Positions 61,974-64,000 of a stretch of 64,000 bases of DNA are shown here, one piece after another. The notes below the pieces were generated by a model. That model was not told where the DNA came from. It saw nothing but the letters and a program-made list of their open reading frames with translations, and ran no database searches. The position numbers were made by a program, and so were the translations under genes. Positions within the stretch are counted from its first letter, which is position 1, and each line of letters begins with the position of its first letter. Source of the stretch: an uncultured delta proteobacterium (GTDB lineage Bacteria > Myxococcota_A > Polyangia > Fen-1088); contig CAWCMR010000010.1 in NCBI GenBank assembly GCA_963796685.1, positions 64,001 to 128,000 on the forward strand, written 5' to 3'.

Positions 61974-63346
61974 CCTCCACCGTCAATCCCTCGCAGCCCA
62001 AGAATCAAAGCGCGCAACTGGCCACGGCCATTCCCGGCCTGAAAAGTCTGGAGCTTCGCCGTCGTGAGGACGCGCACATGGCGCCCGGGCTGCAAGGCTA
62101 CGCCGTCATGGCCGGCATCGTGGTGCAAGAGGGCCGCGGCAGCACCGTGACGGACGTGGACGGGAACACCTTCCTGGACTTCATCGGTGGCATCGCCGTC
62201 AATGCCCTCGGCCATTCCCATCCCCGCTTCGTGGCCGCCGTGCAAGAACAGGTGGCCGCCGCCTCCGTCGGCTCCTTCACCTCGCCTGCCCGCGTGGAGC
62301 TCGTGGAACGCCTGGCACAGAAGCCACCGGCCCCCGGGATCCACCGGTTGCAACTGTACTCGGGCGGTACCGAAGCGGTCGAGAGTGCCCTGCGCCTGGC
62401 CAAATCGCACACAGGCAAATACGAGTTCATCGGCTTTTCAGGAGGCTTTCACGGCAAGACCATGGGCTCGCTCTCGCTCATGGGCTCCACCTTCAAGCAT
62501 CGCCTGGGACCGATGGTGCCGGGCGCGCACCAGGTTCCCTACGCCGATTGCTACCGCTGCCCTCTCGGCATCGCGTACCCGGCCTGCGGGCTGGCTTGCG
62601 CCGACCTCGCTCGCCAGCACGCCAAGACCGCGACCGCGGGGGCCGTGGCGGCGTTCATCATCGAGCCCATGCAGGGAACGGCCGGGAACATCATCCCCCC
62701 CAAGGAATTCCTGCCCGCCATCCGCGGCATCGCGGACGACATCGGCGCGCTCCTCATCGCCGACGAAATGATCACCGGCTTCGGCCGCACCGGGCGGCGC
62801 TGGGGCGTGGATCATTCCGGGGTGCGCCCCGATATCGTCACCATCGGCAAGGCCTTCGGCGGCGGCTTTCCGGTCTCCGGCGTGCTGACCACGGACGAGA
62901 TTTCCCAGGCCAAGCCGTGGAGCGTTCCCTCGGGGTCGTCGTCGAGCTACGGCGGTAACCCGCTGGCCTCGGCGGCCGCGGCGTCGGCGCTACGGATCAT
63001 CGACGAAGAACGACTCGAGGAGAATTCGAAGACGGTGGGCGCCATGATGTTGCGCGAGCTACAGGGCTTCGAAGAGCGCTTCCCCTTCGTGGGTTTCGTG
63101 CAGGGGGCCGGACTTTTTCTGCGCATCGAGCTGGTCAAGGATCGCAAGACCAAAGAGCCGCTTCCGCGCAAGGTCACCGAGCGCATCTTCATGGAGTGCG
63201 TGCGCCGCGGGCTTCTCACCATGAGCTACAGCGCCAGCTTCCGTCTGCAGCCCGCCCTGACCATCGATGAGGCCACGGCGAAGAACGGCCTGGCCATCCT
63301 GGGCGAGGTGTTCGAGACCGTCGAGCGCGAAAAGTGGTGGGTGTAA
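61970..63346 (+). CDS. class III PLP aminotransferase
   Basis: DVDGNTFLDF, SGGTEAVE, FHGKT, EPMQG, DEMITGFGRTG, PDIVTIGKAFGGG. Confidence 0.93.
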   Translation: MTSTVNPSQPKNQSAQLATAIPGLKSLELRRREDAHMAPGLQGYAVMAGIVVQEGRGSTVTDVDGNTFLDFIGGIAVNALGHSHPRFVAAVQEQVAAASVGSFTSPARVELVERLAQKPPAPGIHRLQLYSGGTEAVESALRLAKSHTGKYEFIGFSGGFHGKTMGSLSLMGSTFKHRLGPMVPGAHQVPYADCYRCPLGIAYPACGLACADLARQHAKTATAGAVAAFIIEPMQGTAGNIIPPKEFLPAIRGIADDIGALLIADEMITGFGRTGRRWGVDHSGVRPDIVTIGKAFGGGFPVSGVLTTDEISQAKPWSVPSGSSSSYGGNPLASAAAASALRIIDEERLEENSKTVGAMMLRELQGFEERFPFVGFVQGAGLFLRIELVKDRKTKEPLPRKVTERIFMECVRRGLLTMSYSASFRLQPALTIDEATAKNGLAILGEVFETVEREKWWV

Positions 63347-63396
63347 ATAGCACGTGCTGCCTTGTCATCATGGCTACTTATGACTATCTTATGGTC

Positions 63397-63657
63397 ATGA
63401 AGTCCGTTGGCGTAGCTGACCTGAAGGGGCATCTGAGCGAGCACTTGCGGAGTGTCCGACGCGGTCATCCGTTGATGGTGATGGATCGTGACACGCCTAT
63501 CGCCCAGATCCTGCCGTATCGCGCCGATCCGGCCAGCCTACCCGTGCGCCAACCCAGGCCGGGCGCGGGCAAGCCAATGGATTTCCGTCTACCCGAGGCG
63601 ACGAAATTGCGCCGCGATGCCGTGACCCTGTTACTCGCTGACAGGAACGAGCGGTGA
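63397..63657 (+). CDS. Phd/YefM-type antitoxin
   Basis: VGVADLKGHLSEHLRSVRRG....DRDTPIAQI. Confidence 0.85.
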   Translation: MKSVGVADLKGHLSEHLRSVRRGHPLMVMDRDTPIAQILPYRADPASLPVRQPRPGAGKPMDFRLPEATKLRRDAVTLLLADRNER

Positions 63658-64000
63658 TCGCCTACGTGGATTCCTCGGTGCTGCTGCGCCTCGTGCTCGG
63701 GCAGCGAGGCGCTCTGGCCGAATGGTCGACGGTCGAGGAAGGCGTCACCAGCGCGCTCTCCCAAGTGGAATGCCTGCGAACGCTAGATCGTCTGCGCATC
63801 GTCGAGCACATCTCGGATGTGGATTTGTCCACCCGGCGTGAAGCGATCTTCGGGATTCTCGCGACCTTGTCGGTTGTTGATGTCGCGGGCTCGGTTCTCG
63901 ACCGAGCAGCGCAGCCCTTGCCCACAGCCTTGGGCACACTGGATGCGATTCACCTGGCCACCGCGCAGCTCTGGCGCGAACGAACCGGGACCACCCTTAC
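63654..64000 (+). CDS. vapC: VapC PIN toxin (3' truncated by window)
   Basis: IAYVDSSVLL, VEC.R.L, LGTLDAIHLATA; GTGA overlap with antitoxin. Confidence 0.88.
   Translation, partial: MIAYVDSSVLLRLVLGQRGALAEWSTVEEGVTSALSQVECLRTLDRLRIVEHISDVDLSTRREAIFGILATLSVVDVAGSVLDRAAQPLPTALGTLDAIHLATAQLWRERTGTTL

Overview
GC-rich bacterial DNA whose gene repertoire (Gly/Thr-linker lipoproteins, Cys-rich lipoprotein, Ser/Thr kinase, FHA-sigma54 activator) suggests Myxococcota; this is an inference. Left to right: trxC and lipoproteins; a ~4 kb island (XRE-ImmA/IrrE + PIN, ABC-type ATPase + unknown partner) bounded by a decayed copy of part of the neighbouring flxA; a full hdrCBA-flxDCBA electron-bifurcation cluster; rpoZ and panD; three GT-C-like membrane proteins; an alpha-glucan cluster; two tRNA-Ser genes with an integrase scar, 3x83-bp tandem repeats and a 528-bp duplicated palindromic mosaic; ECF sigma, pgk, paaK, an OFA transporter, a GT-C/oxidoreductase/GtrA/aminotransferase cluster and a vapBC pair. 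The standout is the ~11.5 kb minus-strand alpha-glucan operon (GT4 x3, GH57 branching enzyme, TIM-barrel metalloenzyme, GH13) carrying a full-architecture homologue of plant alpha-glucan water dikinase, i.e. a candidate bacterial glucan-phosphorylation system. Five isolated frameshifts in otherwise intact genes may be sequencing indels. All family calls are by motif recognition; no database search was run.
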